From Blastocystis sp. Blastoise (taxonomy: Eukaryota > Protista > Bigyra: Opalinata), in assembly GCA_039096225.1 (NCBI GenBank), contig JBBPEB010000004.1, forward strand, positions 868,001 through 932,000: 64,000 bases of DNA, given 5' to 3'. The notes beneath the pieces were generated by a model. The model saw only the letters and a program-made list of their open reading frames with translations, was not told where the DNA came from and made no database searches. The first letter of the stretch is position 1. Each line of letters begins with the position of its first letter. Of the stretch, positions 17,346 through 45,980 are shown one piece after another. The position numbers and the translations under genes are program-made.

Positions 17346-20300
17346 ATGTCATCCACAGAATCAATAGAAGAATCTGCTATATGTATGTATTATTTGTATA
17401 ATCATGTTTTCTATCTGTTTGCCATAAGTACTATCAGAATTTTAAATAGTGTGCTTCCTTTTTTCGGATTCGAAAACATTGTTTTTAGAAAGTGATCTCG
17501 TCAATCAATATCCATCAAGTCTTCTCTATCAAGGTTATCAAAAAGGAAAGTGTATAGTTGATGGACAAACCATGTATGTTGTTGATCACGAAAAAAATGC
17601 TATTGAATATGTTATTTCATTGATAATCAATAAAGATATCAATTTTGCTAATTTGCCTGAAGAGATTTTACCTGATGTTTATACAGATTTATGTGATTTC
17701 TTTCCTGATAATTTTGATGATATGAAGAAACAACTCCTAGTTGCCGTTAAAGTACAATTTATTATGATTGTAAAGAATCAGAATGATTCATTATACCAAC
17801 GAGTGTTAAAACGTTCAAAAATTGATGAAGATCTATTGTCAGAGTTATTAGATGTCAAAACAATTGATGATTTACATCCTTCTAAACATTATACATATAT
17901 GACTGATGGTATGTGATTATTCTTATATACATGATAAATATTATAGGTTGTTTAACAAATTCAAAAATTGATTATTTCGTCAAGTATATGCCCTATTTTG
18001 ATTTTTTTCATTTTGATATCGTTATTATTCGTTATGATGGTCCCTTAAAGATACAAAATACTAATACGCAATCATCAATATTGAATATGAATAAGAAAAA
18101 AGAGAAATTTCATTTTATCAAAAACTTTATTCATCCTATTATATTTGATGTTTTTAAAGATCTTGATTTTTGCCAATGCAGTAGTAAGCTATTTTTTTAA
18201 TTTATACTGAATCCATTTAATATATAATATTAATCATCCTTTTTTTCTTAAATTTAACTTTCTATGATGCTATAGTCTCTTATAAACATAATAAGAACAT
18301 TCAATATGATGATTGTTTTCAATATAAATACTGTCCTTCCTCCTTCACAAAAGTTTCTACTCCTGGAAAAAGACCTCTTAGCGAAAGTATTACTTTACTA
18401 ATTATCATAATTATATAATATAATAAACAGTAGTAATTTTAAATATATATATAGATTTAGAAAAAGATTATATATTACAATATATAAAGTATGATATATA
18501 ATAAATTTTATCTAGAATATATTATATAAATAGATTAGTAGATATACATACAAGGGATCTTCTTTCTCTCTTATTCCCAGAGTTCATATGTAGTCGAGTC
18601 ACAGAAATCATTCCTTGTATATATAAATACTCTTTATTTTTTGTTAATCTTATATAAAAAATTTTTTATTATAGCAAGTCATTTGCCTGATGAGATAATT
18701 CAGTCGTTATTTCAAATCTATAAACAAAATACTTTTGATAATCTTGTTGACTTAAATTTATCATGTATATACTTATCAATATTTATTTAATATCATATAT
18801 TTAATATCATATATTTAATATCATATATATATATATATATATTTAATAGTTGGAAGTCTTAATGAAAAATCACTTGAAGAACTACTTAAATTATTAAAGA
18901 ATAACTCATTCAATGTGTTTATTATCGATTTCTCAAGTATATTATATTTCTCATTTTACTTGTATTTATATGATTCATAATGATTCTGTATTTAGATTAT
19001 GAATTTACTGAAACAAGTTATAATTATTTACGTTCTTTTATCTTATCATTCATGAAAGAGAAATACAAATATCTATCAACAATCAAATTTTCTAATTGTA
19101 TTATATCTCTTCTTATTCTTTATATCTATTGATAAATACATTATTCTTTTTTTATTATATATTTTATAGGTGACTTTCAAAACAAATATTCCCTTATTAA
19201 TCTTCTTGACAATAACGTTTTTTATAGAATCGAAAATCTTTATTTAGATGGTACATATATATATTATTATGTAGTGATTCATCTATATTATATCTAGGTA
19301 CTACCAATATTTCTGATCTTTCATCATCCTATGAATATCTTTGTCATAATAATTATCTTCATTTAAAAAATCTTTATATTGATCGTATATATGTTTTAAT
19401 TCGTTATTAACTATATTCATATTATTTTATTTTTTGGAATATTTTAATTTTGATATTTTTATAGCTATATATATATCAAAAGATATAACAGAATCTTATC
19501 CATTCTACTCTCAACTCTTTATTAAGAATTATGTTCAAAATCTTGAATATTTTGGAATCACATGTATATATATTATAATATTATTATTTGCTTTTTCTGT
19601 TTAAATTTCTTATCTGATTTTGTTTATAACTTGTATTTTTAATAATCACTTCGTTGAACACGTATTCTTTTCGTAATATCATTCACTAATACTCTATTTA
19701 TAGCCGTTCCATTGACACTGGATCTTATTGAAATGTATAAACCAATTTTTACGTCATCCTGTTTTCAAACCATATATACTTTAGACCTAACAAGTATATA
19801 TTATGTTTTATATTAACATTCTTTATTATTCTTTTTTTTTCTTATTATAATAATAATTGTTATTATTCTTTTCATCTTCACTGTAATAGTAATAATAATA
19901 AATATTATTATATAGATACAGAACTAACAGATACATTATTCTATGAGTTTATATCTATGAATAATGACGGGGCATTTAAAGGAATTCAAGAACTTAATTT
20001 ATCCAGTATCTTACTATTACACTTTATTATATATATCATTATTTATTTATAAAGATAATCCACTTACAATCACAAGTATGAAATTACTTTTTCAGTCAAT
20101 TTCAGATGGCCATTTCCCTCAGTTACATTCCTTAAATCTTTCAAGTATTTTTATTAACTGATTCTTATATATATATATAAATAATCTATTATTGAACCCA
20201 TTTTTTATAGATCTTTCATCTATAACTGAAATAGGATGGGAAACGTGTTTTAATATTCTTTATAAACGATTTAATATTAAAAATGATCCAAATGATTACT

Positions 20301-20386
20301 GCTTTATTCAATCATGGTCTCTACAATGTATATTAGTCTATATATTAAAATAAATATAATATAATTTTATAAATATAATATTATTC

Positions 20387-20437
<51 letters not shown>

Positions 20438-20988
20438 CCGATAATCTTGGAGAAAAAGGATTCAAATCGTTTTTCCAACTTATTAATAATAATATATTCA
20501 AAACAATTAAAAAACTTTATTTTAATAGTATATATAACTATATATATTATATTATATTAATTATATATTATTCATTATATTATAGATTCAGGACTAAGTG
20601 ATGATTCAATGCCATTACTTATTCAAGCTATTCAAAATAATAAACTTAACAACATTGTTTTATTAAGATTCTTCTGTATATATACTAGTAATATATTATT
20701 TTAAAATGCTATTTCTATAGCAAAGAGTATTTCTCTTCCAATTTTATCTCAATTATACTCATTATTAGACGATGATCATGTGCCATATTTAGTTGATATT
20801 ACTTCTCCAGGTTTATATATATATATTATATATTATACCTTTTCTTTATTGTTATATATATATATATATATTATATATATATATATATATATAAAGATGA
20901 TGTATGCCCAGAAAACGTGGATCAACTATGTAATATACTTAAAGGGCTTCACTCTGTCACTTCAGGTTCTCTTAAATATTTGATTTAA
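17346..20988 (+). CDS. Second BTB/POZ-like + LRR multi-exon protein (same architecture as 12508-16570)
   Basis: ATG 17346 MSSTESIEESAI spliced to LCFLFSDSKTLFLESDLVNQYPSSLLY. LRR exons include FDNLVDLNLS, FPQLHSLNLS and FKTIKKLYFN. TAA at 20986-20988. Confidence 0.75.
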
Positions 20989-21461
20989 TAAAAATAATAT
21001 ATCAATAAATGTATACTTTTATAGATAATTTTTTTTACATTAAATACTGTTTCCCATATTTATATATTTTTGTTTTGGATCAATATTGAATTCATTTATA
21101 TATATAAATACTTTTATTTGCTTTTTAATATCAAACAAAGCACTTGTTTTCTATAGTTAGTTTTATCTGCTATTTTTTTAGATGTATGTTTTTTTAATTA
21201 TATTTTGTGTACTATATATATGTTATCCGTAATCATGACTTATTTTTCTTAATAATGAATACAATAAAAATTGAAATAAGTTTTTGTTTAGTTTAAAGAT
21301 TAATTAAAACAATATAAATATATTTAAAAATAAGAATGAATATAAGAACTATTATGAATTCTTATTAAAGATATATATATATATTAAATTTAAAAAAATA
21401 ATAATAAAAATAAATATAATATTATGAATTTAAAAAATAAATAAATAAATTTAAAATAAAA

Positions 21462-37374
<15,913 letters not shown>

Positions 37375-38672
37375 TTCTAAATAAATATGTATCACTCACT
37401 ACATCTTTACAAAACAATTAACAACAAACAATTCTTGTTTTATTTCTTTTCTTCTCTTTAATTCACTTTTTTCCCACAGTTATTCTCTTATTTCTCTTCT
37501 TTCTAGTTACTAGATTCTTTTCTATTATTTCATTTCATTTATATATAAAATCGATAAATATATTATATAGAATACCTAAAGACATAAATCTTCACTAAAA
37601 TACGATAAAATATTAATATACAAACAAAAATCTCTTTTTCTTAGATGAAATCTATCACTCAACTATTGTCCTCTCTTTCTTAAATCTTCTGTATAATAAT
37701 TTTATAGATTCATAAAAGAAAAATAACATAGTTGAAATGTTATTTATTTTTATTATTAAGATAAGAAAATCTTTTAAAATGCTAAAAGAATCCTCGATTG
37801 ATGTATAGAATTATATGTTATTTATTTTAGTGAAATAAACCTTGATTTATATTTAAAAGGATAATCAGTCTCTCTTTCTTATTCTTTATTTATATATATA
37901 AAAAATAATCAATAATTCTATCAAAAATATGTGTTCATAATCTATGATTATCACAAATTCTAAGCTCTATTCAAATTATTGATATGAAAGATATTTATTT
38001 CTGGGAGGATTTTCAAGTTTAAAAATGCAAAACCAAAAGTTGAACTCATTAATAATAATATTTCAGTATTATTGAAAAACTATAACACCACATTTACATT
38101 TTATTTTTAATATAGGTAATTATATATAGTTATAATACTACAAACTCAAGAATATTTTAGCTAAAATTATCAAGATTCATAGTCATATTTATGTACATAC
38201 AACACTAAATTCATTTCATAATCTGTCATTTTAAATGAATCCTAATAATATGCAACAATTGAAATTCTATATCTTCTACTCTAAACAGGGTAGTTTTTAC
38301 AACTCAACAATAATAGATTTACCAATAAAAATACATTACAAACTTCTTTTCGTTTTTTATTATTAACAATCAAAACAGTAAAAATTATAAAGAATAAAAA
38401 TTGGATTTTATTAATAGGTATATATATATAGTATATTTTTTAATTAAGTGTTTATTAGAAGAATCTTCTGTTTTTATTTGCTGATATTATTTTATTTAAT
38501 TTTTAGTTAAACAAGAATTATTATTGAAACTTATTATAAAAGATAAACTTGTATAGAAAATGAAATATAATAATAATATTTTAGAATAGTATTTATTGTT
38601 TATCATCGGTAATTAATGATTTATAAGAATAATTATATCGAAATTTGTTTATTACTATTATCAATACCAGTG

Positions 38673-40685
38673 TTAAAATGCTATATTCTTATGAATGCTA
38701 GCAAGTTCTTGACTCTTTGAGCTTTTTCTAGTCTGATTTAATAGTTGTTTATTAGCTTTAGACTCTTCATTGGGGAGTTTTTGATTATTGTTATAGTAAC
38801 GACAACTGACAATTATGATCACACTACAAATAACTACAACGGCAAGAGAGCAGCAAATCATAATAATAACTAATGTATCTGTTGAGTCATCATTAGGTAT
38901 AGAAGGAGTAGGAGTAGGAGCAGTAGTAGGAGTAGTAGTAGGATCAGTAGTAGGAGTAGTAGTAGGATCAGGAGTAGGAGCAGGAGTTGGTGGAGGGTCT
39001 AGTGTCTCAATACCTCCTGTTACATCAGTATGGCATGCATTAGTAGGTGTAGCAATTCCGATTCGATCACGTCCTCTATCATAAATAAGAGTATATCCTC
39101 TCATGAAAGAAGCTCCTAAAGTACTATAGTCATAACCTCTCTTCTCTCTTACTATGCTAAAACAATAATAATATTCGTTCTCGTGAAAAACAGGATAAAA
39201 GTAAAGATCCTTTGAAAGAATAAGATGAACACCATTCAAATAAACATCCACAGAAGGCCATGAAGAAGAAGGAGGATCATTTAAACAATAGTCATTAAAA
39301 ATACTATACTGGCCAGTTATACCTATATTAAATAGTGTTATAATAGAGTATAAAGTATATATTATCTAAAACTTAATATTATATATATACGAGGAAGATG
39401 TGAGTAATATGTTTTTAAGTATGTAGCAAATGCATCATAAAGATCGGTTTGGAGAAACATTACATATCCTAATGTAGTAATGTCTGTAAACATAATTTTC
39501 TATATGGATTTTAAAAACTAATAAAGGTTCAATAAAAATAATGAGAAATATATCAATCAAAAGAAAAATTAGTTATCATACAGTTGAATTAAAAAAATGA
39601 GTATTGTTTACACGAAAATCACTTAATTCTACAGTATAATAGCCGGTTGCATCAAAATCAACCCATGTAATATTACCACTCTATATTATTAGTAAAAGAT
39701 AATTAGCAACAAAAAATATAAAATTTTAATAACATTATTTATTATAAGTATTAAGTAGATGAATAAAGATTAAAGACTTAATGAAAGAAAACAAAATAAA
39801 TAGAAATATACATAAAGATCTTCATCTATTCCTCCATAAGAAAGAACTCCTTTTGTATTTCCAAAACATATTGTAAACATGTCTCTTACTCCACTTATAT
39901 TATCAACCATATCATCCATATATGAATTTATACAAGAAGGAGCGCATGCACTATGTCTATAACCTAAACCTAATCTTCCATCTCTATGATAGTTTACGGC
40001 CGAATAATAACTAAAAAAATAATAATATCCTATTATTAATATTCCATATACTCTATATAGCCAAAAGTAGTAGGAAATGATTGAGAGTATCCTGTTGTTG
40101 TTTGAATCATAATATTATCACGAACTAAACTTCCATCTATTCTATATCATAATAATAAACATTTTTTTTAAATATTATTTATAGCAGACATAAAGTAGTT
40201 ATAAATATGTACATCGTATCATCCATAAAGGTTATACTGTAGGCACAAAGAGAGTTATCTGATTTTGAACAGCATGCCCTTGTTGAAGCATGGCAAGTAC
40301 CATGACAATCATAACGATGACACGATACTATTAAGTATATATTAACAATATATATATATACCTGGTTTGCATAAAGAGTCACCACAACTAATAGGAGACG
40401 CAGTAGTAGAATTACTTTTATCATAAGGATTTGTAGAAACCTAAACAATGAGCAAAACTCATTTATTTTATATACATGATAACAACCAACACATTTTCTA
40501 GCATAAACATAAGAAGAGCCATAGGTTGTATCAATCATCATTTTAGCTGGTGATTCTTGAGACCCTGTTTTTATATTAGTATAGTAATACCATTCATCTC
40601 TATCAAGATTCAGCTCCGATTTTATTAATGTAACAGCTTGTGTTTCCATAAGAAACATAAAGATAATCATAAATAAAAAAATCAT
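38673..40685 (-). CDS. Membrane-anchored pepsin-family (A1) aspartic protease-like protein, plasmepsin V/BACE-like layout, degenerate catalytic motifs
   Basis: Signal-like MIFLFMIIFMFLMETQA; YYYTNIKTGS..MIDTTYGSSYV..CVGC; Cys-rich insert; DGRLGLG; FTICFG..GVLSYGG; STLGASFMRGYTLIYDRGRDRIGIA; P/T-rich stalk; TM helix; TAA. Confidence 0.85.
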
Positions 40686-41091
40686 TTCTTCATAAATAAA
40701 TGATATATGAAACAAAAGATTTATGATTGAAATATTTCTGCTGAAAAGAACAAAAGATATTGTAAAATATCTGTACATTTATATATATATTCCCATATTA
40801 TGTACCTGGAGGGCACCGACAATTTGTCGAAGAAAGCACTACGAGTTTTCTGAAAATCTTCTCATTTTTCCCTACAATAATCAAAAATTCCCGGAAGAAA
40901 AGATTTACATATCCCCAAGAATGTCCGTTAAAGACCCTAATATACAATACTTCCCATTTTCTCTTTCACTTTTTATTATAGCAAAAGGAGTTTAGGCAGT
41001 ATCTATTAGACAACTGACATCTCTTGGTATTTTACGCTAATGTTCTTGTTCGATTACCGATCACTATCACTATGGACATTTTTTCAGGTTT

Positions 41092-41300
41092 CTGTCAAAA
41101 GGTCCAACGACTTTTTTGTTTTGGTTTCCCCAGTGGTGAGCAGTGAAAATTTTTAAATATGTAGCTGACAAAAGGTTATTTGATTTTTCTGTTTGGTTTC
41201 CCCAGTGGTGGAGCAGTGAAAAAATTTTAAAGGGTAGCTGACAAAAGGTCCAACGACTTTTTTGCTTTGGTTTCCCCAGTGGTGAGCAGTGAAATTTTTT
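41092..41300 (+). repeat. CACTA subterminal direct repeats (also ~49668-49876)
   Basis: Three copies of TTTGGTTTCCCCAGTGGTG(G)AGCAGTGAAA, each preceded by (G)CTG(A/T)CAAAAGGT, with a period of ~74 bp. Confidence 0.85.
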
Positions 41301-41588
41301 GTCAGAGTTTCAGTGATTTTATAAAATCGAAAAGCAGTGCAAAAGTATGACGCACCTTAAAACAATAATTGGCGAATAAAAATGGTTTTAAATATTCTCT
41401 ATTTTTTCATTTATTGGTTTTTTTATTCTTTTTGTGGTGTAATAATAAACGATATAACAAAACAAACAAATTAAATATTATCAAATAATCATAAAAACAA
41501 ATAATAGAAAACAATAATAATAAATATATAAAAAAAAGATAATAAAACATATAATAAATAATATAATAAAATATATATAATATTTAAT

Positions 41589-42259
41589 TTATAATATTTC
41601 AACCAGGACAGTTTCAGTCTTTAATTTGCATTTAAGCCTAAGCAACCTATATAAAGAGATGATATTAATTAACTAGTACTATTAGTAATATATATAACAT
41701 TTTAAAATAATAATAAAATAAAAATATATACCTTTTATTGAAGCCATTACTAGAAAAAGCAAGGACCAAAGGCAAGGAACCATCCTATAAAAGATATATT
41801 AAATAGTATAAGTAATAAAAAGGAATATAATTAATATATATACATACCTTTGATAAGCCATTCTCTCCAATTAACAACAACGACAGCAACGGAACCCCCG
41901 GAAACCTATATAAAGATAGAGTAAGTTATATAATATAATAATATATAATAAAGTAAATTAATATAGAATAATAAAATATAAATATATACATTACTGCTAT
42001 ATAAATATAAAGTGGGGTTAGTTATATAATATGTAATAGATAATATAGATGATATATACCTTCTTTTAACATTGATTCCTTCCATTCTAGACCTAAAGAA
42101 CCCATCTATAAGAGAGCCACGACCACACAAAAGAAGGACCAGAACGTTTAAGGAGACCAGCAAGTGTCAAAACACCAAGCAGAGACAGCTACTATAGAAA
42201 AATGAATGAATAGAGTAGAAAAAATAAAATATAAAGAAACAGCAAACACCTACCATCAT
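41589..42259 (-). other. Spliced cargo unit inside CACTA copy A (5 exons), coding status ambiguous
   Basis: GC-richer exons bounded by AG/GT: ..42254, 42188-42060, 41905-41848, 41784-41732, 41646-.. They are separated by AT-rich introns with GTAGGT/GTATAT/GTATGT donors and TAG acceptors. Confidence 0.65.
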
Positions 42260-44099
42260 AATAGTATCATATATAATAAAATAAAAATAAAATTTAATAA
42301 TATATCATATTAATCATATAAGATATAATAAAATAAATATGTGATAAGTCATGTAGCATTTTGTTTTGTTATAAAAGGGTGTAATAGGAATTTAGAAGAT
42401 ATAGCTGAAATAATGAAAATAAACATGAATAATCTCATATCTACTAAATATAGAGAATCTTCATCATAAGAAAAATGAATGGTTAAGAATAAAAGAGAAA
42501 GAAAAATTTTATTTCTATGAGGAAAATGGATATTGTTATTGTTATTTTCAATTTATCATAATTATCATAAGTAATACAAAAATTGTTTTATTTTAAAGAA
42601 TTATATAGTTATTTATCATTATATCATTTTATAATCAGTTTTGACTATGGAAGAGTGATTTTTATCCTTAATTGTCAAAATTATTTTTAGTATCACTCAG
42701 TAAGTATAAGTCTTTTAAAAAATAAATATAGGTTACAATACAGACTTATAGAGAAGACTCTGAAACTTCTATTTCCAGAATAAAAGTCATTTATATAATC
42801 CAGAATGATTGCCTGAATCATTATTTAAAGAATCAGTTTTATCACATATCTTCAATAAAATTATAAAATAAAGAAAATGAAGATAAAAAGGTCTAGAGTC
42901 GAAAAATGTTATGAAATATTATCTTTTTAATGTATTTGTCCCGATTTTTTATTAATCTGTTATCATAATATGACAAAGAGAGTGGTAAAAACATTTTAAA
43001 AGTGAATTAAAGCAATAATTGGAATCAAGTTAAAGTCTTCTAATACCTTTAAATAGACTTGAAATACATAGAGTAAGCATTTTTTCATGCAAATAGTGTT
43101 TTTCATTTAAATAATATCAAAAACAAATCAAAATAGTATTTTATAATTACTCAGCAAGAACTTTTTCTAGTATTCAAGGACTTACTATTATCAAATATAC
43201 GTATAAACAAACAAAAATCATATTTTATATATTTTTAGTTGAATAGTCGGAGTCGTGTTGATAGTTTATTATAAAACAAATGCAAAAATCACTTTTTTGT
43301 CAAAAAAAGTCTTATATCGATATATAGTTTTATTCATAATTTATTTATTGTCTACAAACTCTGTGTATTCATTTTAAGTGATTTTTAGTAAAACTAAAAT
43401 TATTTGAAATACATATTCTAATTTCGAAAATGACAAAAACATATTATATTACATATTTAGTGTTTAAATGAAGTTTAAAAGTTATTAAAATATCAATTAG
43501 TTAAAAAATATAAAATATTGAGAATCTCCATTTTTATGACTTGTCTTAAATCACGTTAAAGGTGTATAATTGAATAGTTGCATTGATTATTTGTATGATT
43601 CTAGTAATATTTTCTAAGAATTTTGTTTTTTAACAAGAATAAATTCTTAATTTATTGTTTATCAACTTAAAAATGTATTTAAATGATTATTTTCTTGTGT
43701 AAAAGGGTATAGTGGTTATATGAAAAAAAAATTACGCAGAATCATTTGATAATATAATTTTGAAAAATGAGAATTATTATTTTGAACTAAACTAATTTTT
43801 CACATATACTCATTATAAAACGACTTGAATAATCTTTTGAGAAGATTATTTTGTTTTATAATACACTTAAGAAGTAATTGAATGTTATTGTGTCTCTTTT
43901 TGTTAAAAAGATTATTTTGAATGCTATTTTTGATTGATCTATATATTATCAATGCATTCAATGATGAAATAAATACATATGTAAAGAAAAAATAGTAATT
44001 GATCTAATTTATCTTCATCTATTTGAATAGATAATTTTTGAAAAAATTAATATAATATAATTATTGATACCTATATATAAAGAATTAGTTATGTAATTG

Positions 44100-44168
44100 A
44101 CCTTAAGACAGGAATTGAACCTGTTTTCTATCATAAACTGATAGATACTTACCAATATAAGCTTAAGG
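44100..44168 (-). ncRNA. tRNA-like cloverleaf (non-canonical; nominal anticodon TTT) in CACTA copy A
   Basis: Minus strand CCTTAAG-CT-TAT ATTGGTAA GTA-T-CTATC AGTTTAT GATAG-AAA-ACAGG TTCAATT CCTGT-CTTAAGG-T. Acceptor stem 7/7, anticodon stem 5/5, T stem 5/5, D-loop GG, B-box-like GGTTCAATTCC. Confidence 0.75.
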
Positions 44169-44199
44169 ATAATATAGAATAAAAATACATAAATGAAAG

Positions 44200-45911
44200 T
44201 AAAATAGTAGGAATAATGAGTCAGTATGATGTGTAAGGATATATTTATATATGTATAAGTGAAAAAGGATGCTAGAAGAAGGGAAAAGAAGTAAAAAAGA
44301 ATAAAAGAGAAAGAAATATAAAGTAAATGAGATAGGGTCTTTAATTATTGAGATTAATAAAAAAAATGAAAAATAATTTATAATAAATGACAAAGATAGA
44401 TATATAGAGATCTATAATAATAAGGAATGCAGAAGAGAAGAGGATTAGAGGATAAAGAATAAGAAGAAGATAAGGAAGATAAGGAAGAAGATAAGGAAGA
44501 TAAGGAAGAATAAGAAGAAGATAAGGAAGAAGATAAGGAAGATAAGGAAGAATAAGAAGAAGATAAGGAAGAATAAGAAGAAGAAAAGAAGAATAGGAAG
44601 AAGATAAGGAAGATAAGGAAGAAGAAGAAAAGAAGAATAGGAAGAAGATAAGGAAGAAGAAGAAGAATAGGAAGAAGAATAAGAAGATAAGGAAGAATAA
44701 GAAGAATAAGAAGATAAGGAAGATAAGGAAGAAGAAGAAGAAGATAAGGAAGAAGAAGAAAAGAAGAATAGGAAGAAGAAAAAGAAAAGAAGAATAGGAA
44801 GAAGATAAGGAAGAAGAAGAAGAATAGGAAGAAGAATAAGAAGATAAGGAAGATAAGGAAGAATAAGAAGAAGATAAGGAAGAAGAAGAAAAGAAGAATA
44901 GGAAGAAGATAAGGAAGAAGAAGAAGAATAGGAAGAAGAATAAGAAGATAAGGAAGATAAGGAAGAATAAGAAGAAGGAAATGAATAATGACAACAAGAA
45001 GATGAAGAATAAATAGAATAATGATAAGAAAGAATAAATAGATTAATAAGAGAACAAGAGGATGAATGTGAAGAAGAGACAAGGAAGGAGGTGAAAAAAA
45101 GAAAGAAAAGTAAGATAAAGAATAGGAAGAAGATATACAAGAAAATGAAGAAGAAGAGAAAGAAAAGAAAAGAAGAATAAACAAGAAACATATATAGAGA
45201 AACAGAAAGATATAAAGAAATAAAAGAGATAGATAGATAGATAGATAGATAGAGAGAAAAAAAAATACAAAGATATAAATAGATAGATACACTAATAGAT
45301 GAATAGAAAGAAAGAAGAAAAGAGAGACATAAAGAAGAAATTAGATAGAAAGAGATAGAATTCTATATAGAATGAGAGATATACAAAAGAAATCAAATGA
45401 AATAGAGAATAAGATAAAAATAGATACAAGAATAAAGATAAAAAGAGAAATAGAGGAGTAGGGAAGGTGTATAAAAAAGAAAGAATATAAAGATAGGTAG
45501 AGAGGAATTGAGAAGGATAGAGAAGGAGGAGGAAAACAGATAGAATTGGAAGACGAAGAAAAGAAGATGAGACGAAGAAGGGAGAAAAAAGGAGCAGGAA
45601 GTGAATATCAAGAAAGATAAATTTATATAGAAAAAAATTAGAAAGAAAAATACATACAAAGAAAACGATAGGGAATGATAGAGAGAATTATAATTTGAAT
45701 GACATAGAGAGAAGGAGAGACAAAGCAAGATAAAGAAGTATAATAGAAAAAACAAAGAAGAAAAAAAGAAGAATAAAAAAAGAAAAGATAGAACAATAGT
45801 ATATGAGAGAAGAAAGAGACAGAAAGAAAACGGGAAATAGGGTAGAGACATAGAAGGTAATAAAATATATAGAAGGGGAGAGGGGATTGAGATAAATAAA
45901 TAGATAGATAT

Positions 45912-45980
<69 letters not shown>

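Noticed and set aside
38815-39084. Gly/Val-rich plus-strand ORF
   Set aside because: Antisense of the Pro/Thr-rich stalk of the aspartic protease.
41119-41292. CRISPR-like repeat-spacer pattern (three ~29-bp repeats)
   Set aside because: Eukaryotic context, the intervening sequences are themselves related, no cas genes, and the position matches CACTA subterminal repeats.
42300-44090. Possible decayed CACTA transposase
   Set aside because: No ORF of 60 aa or more and no recognisable TnpD/DDE motif by eye. It needs a translated HMM search.
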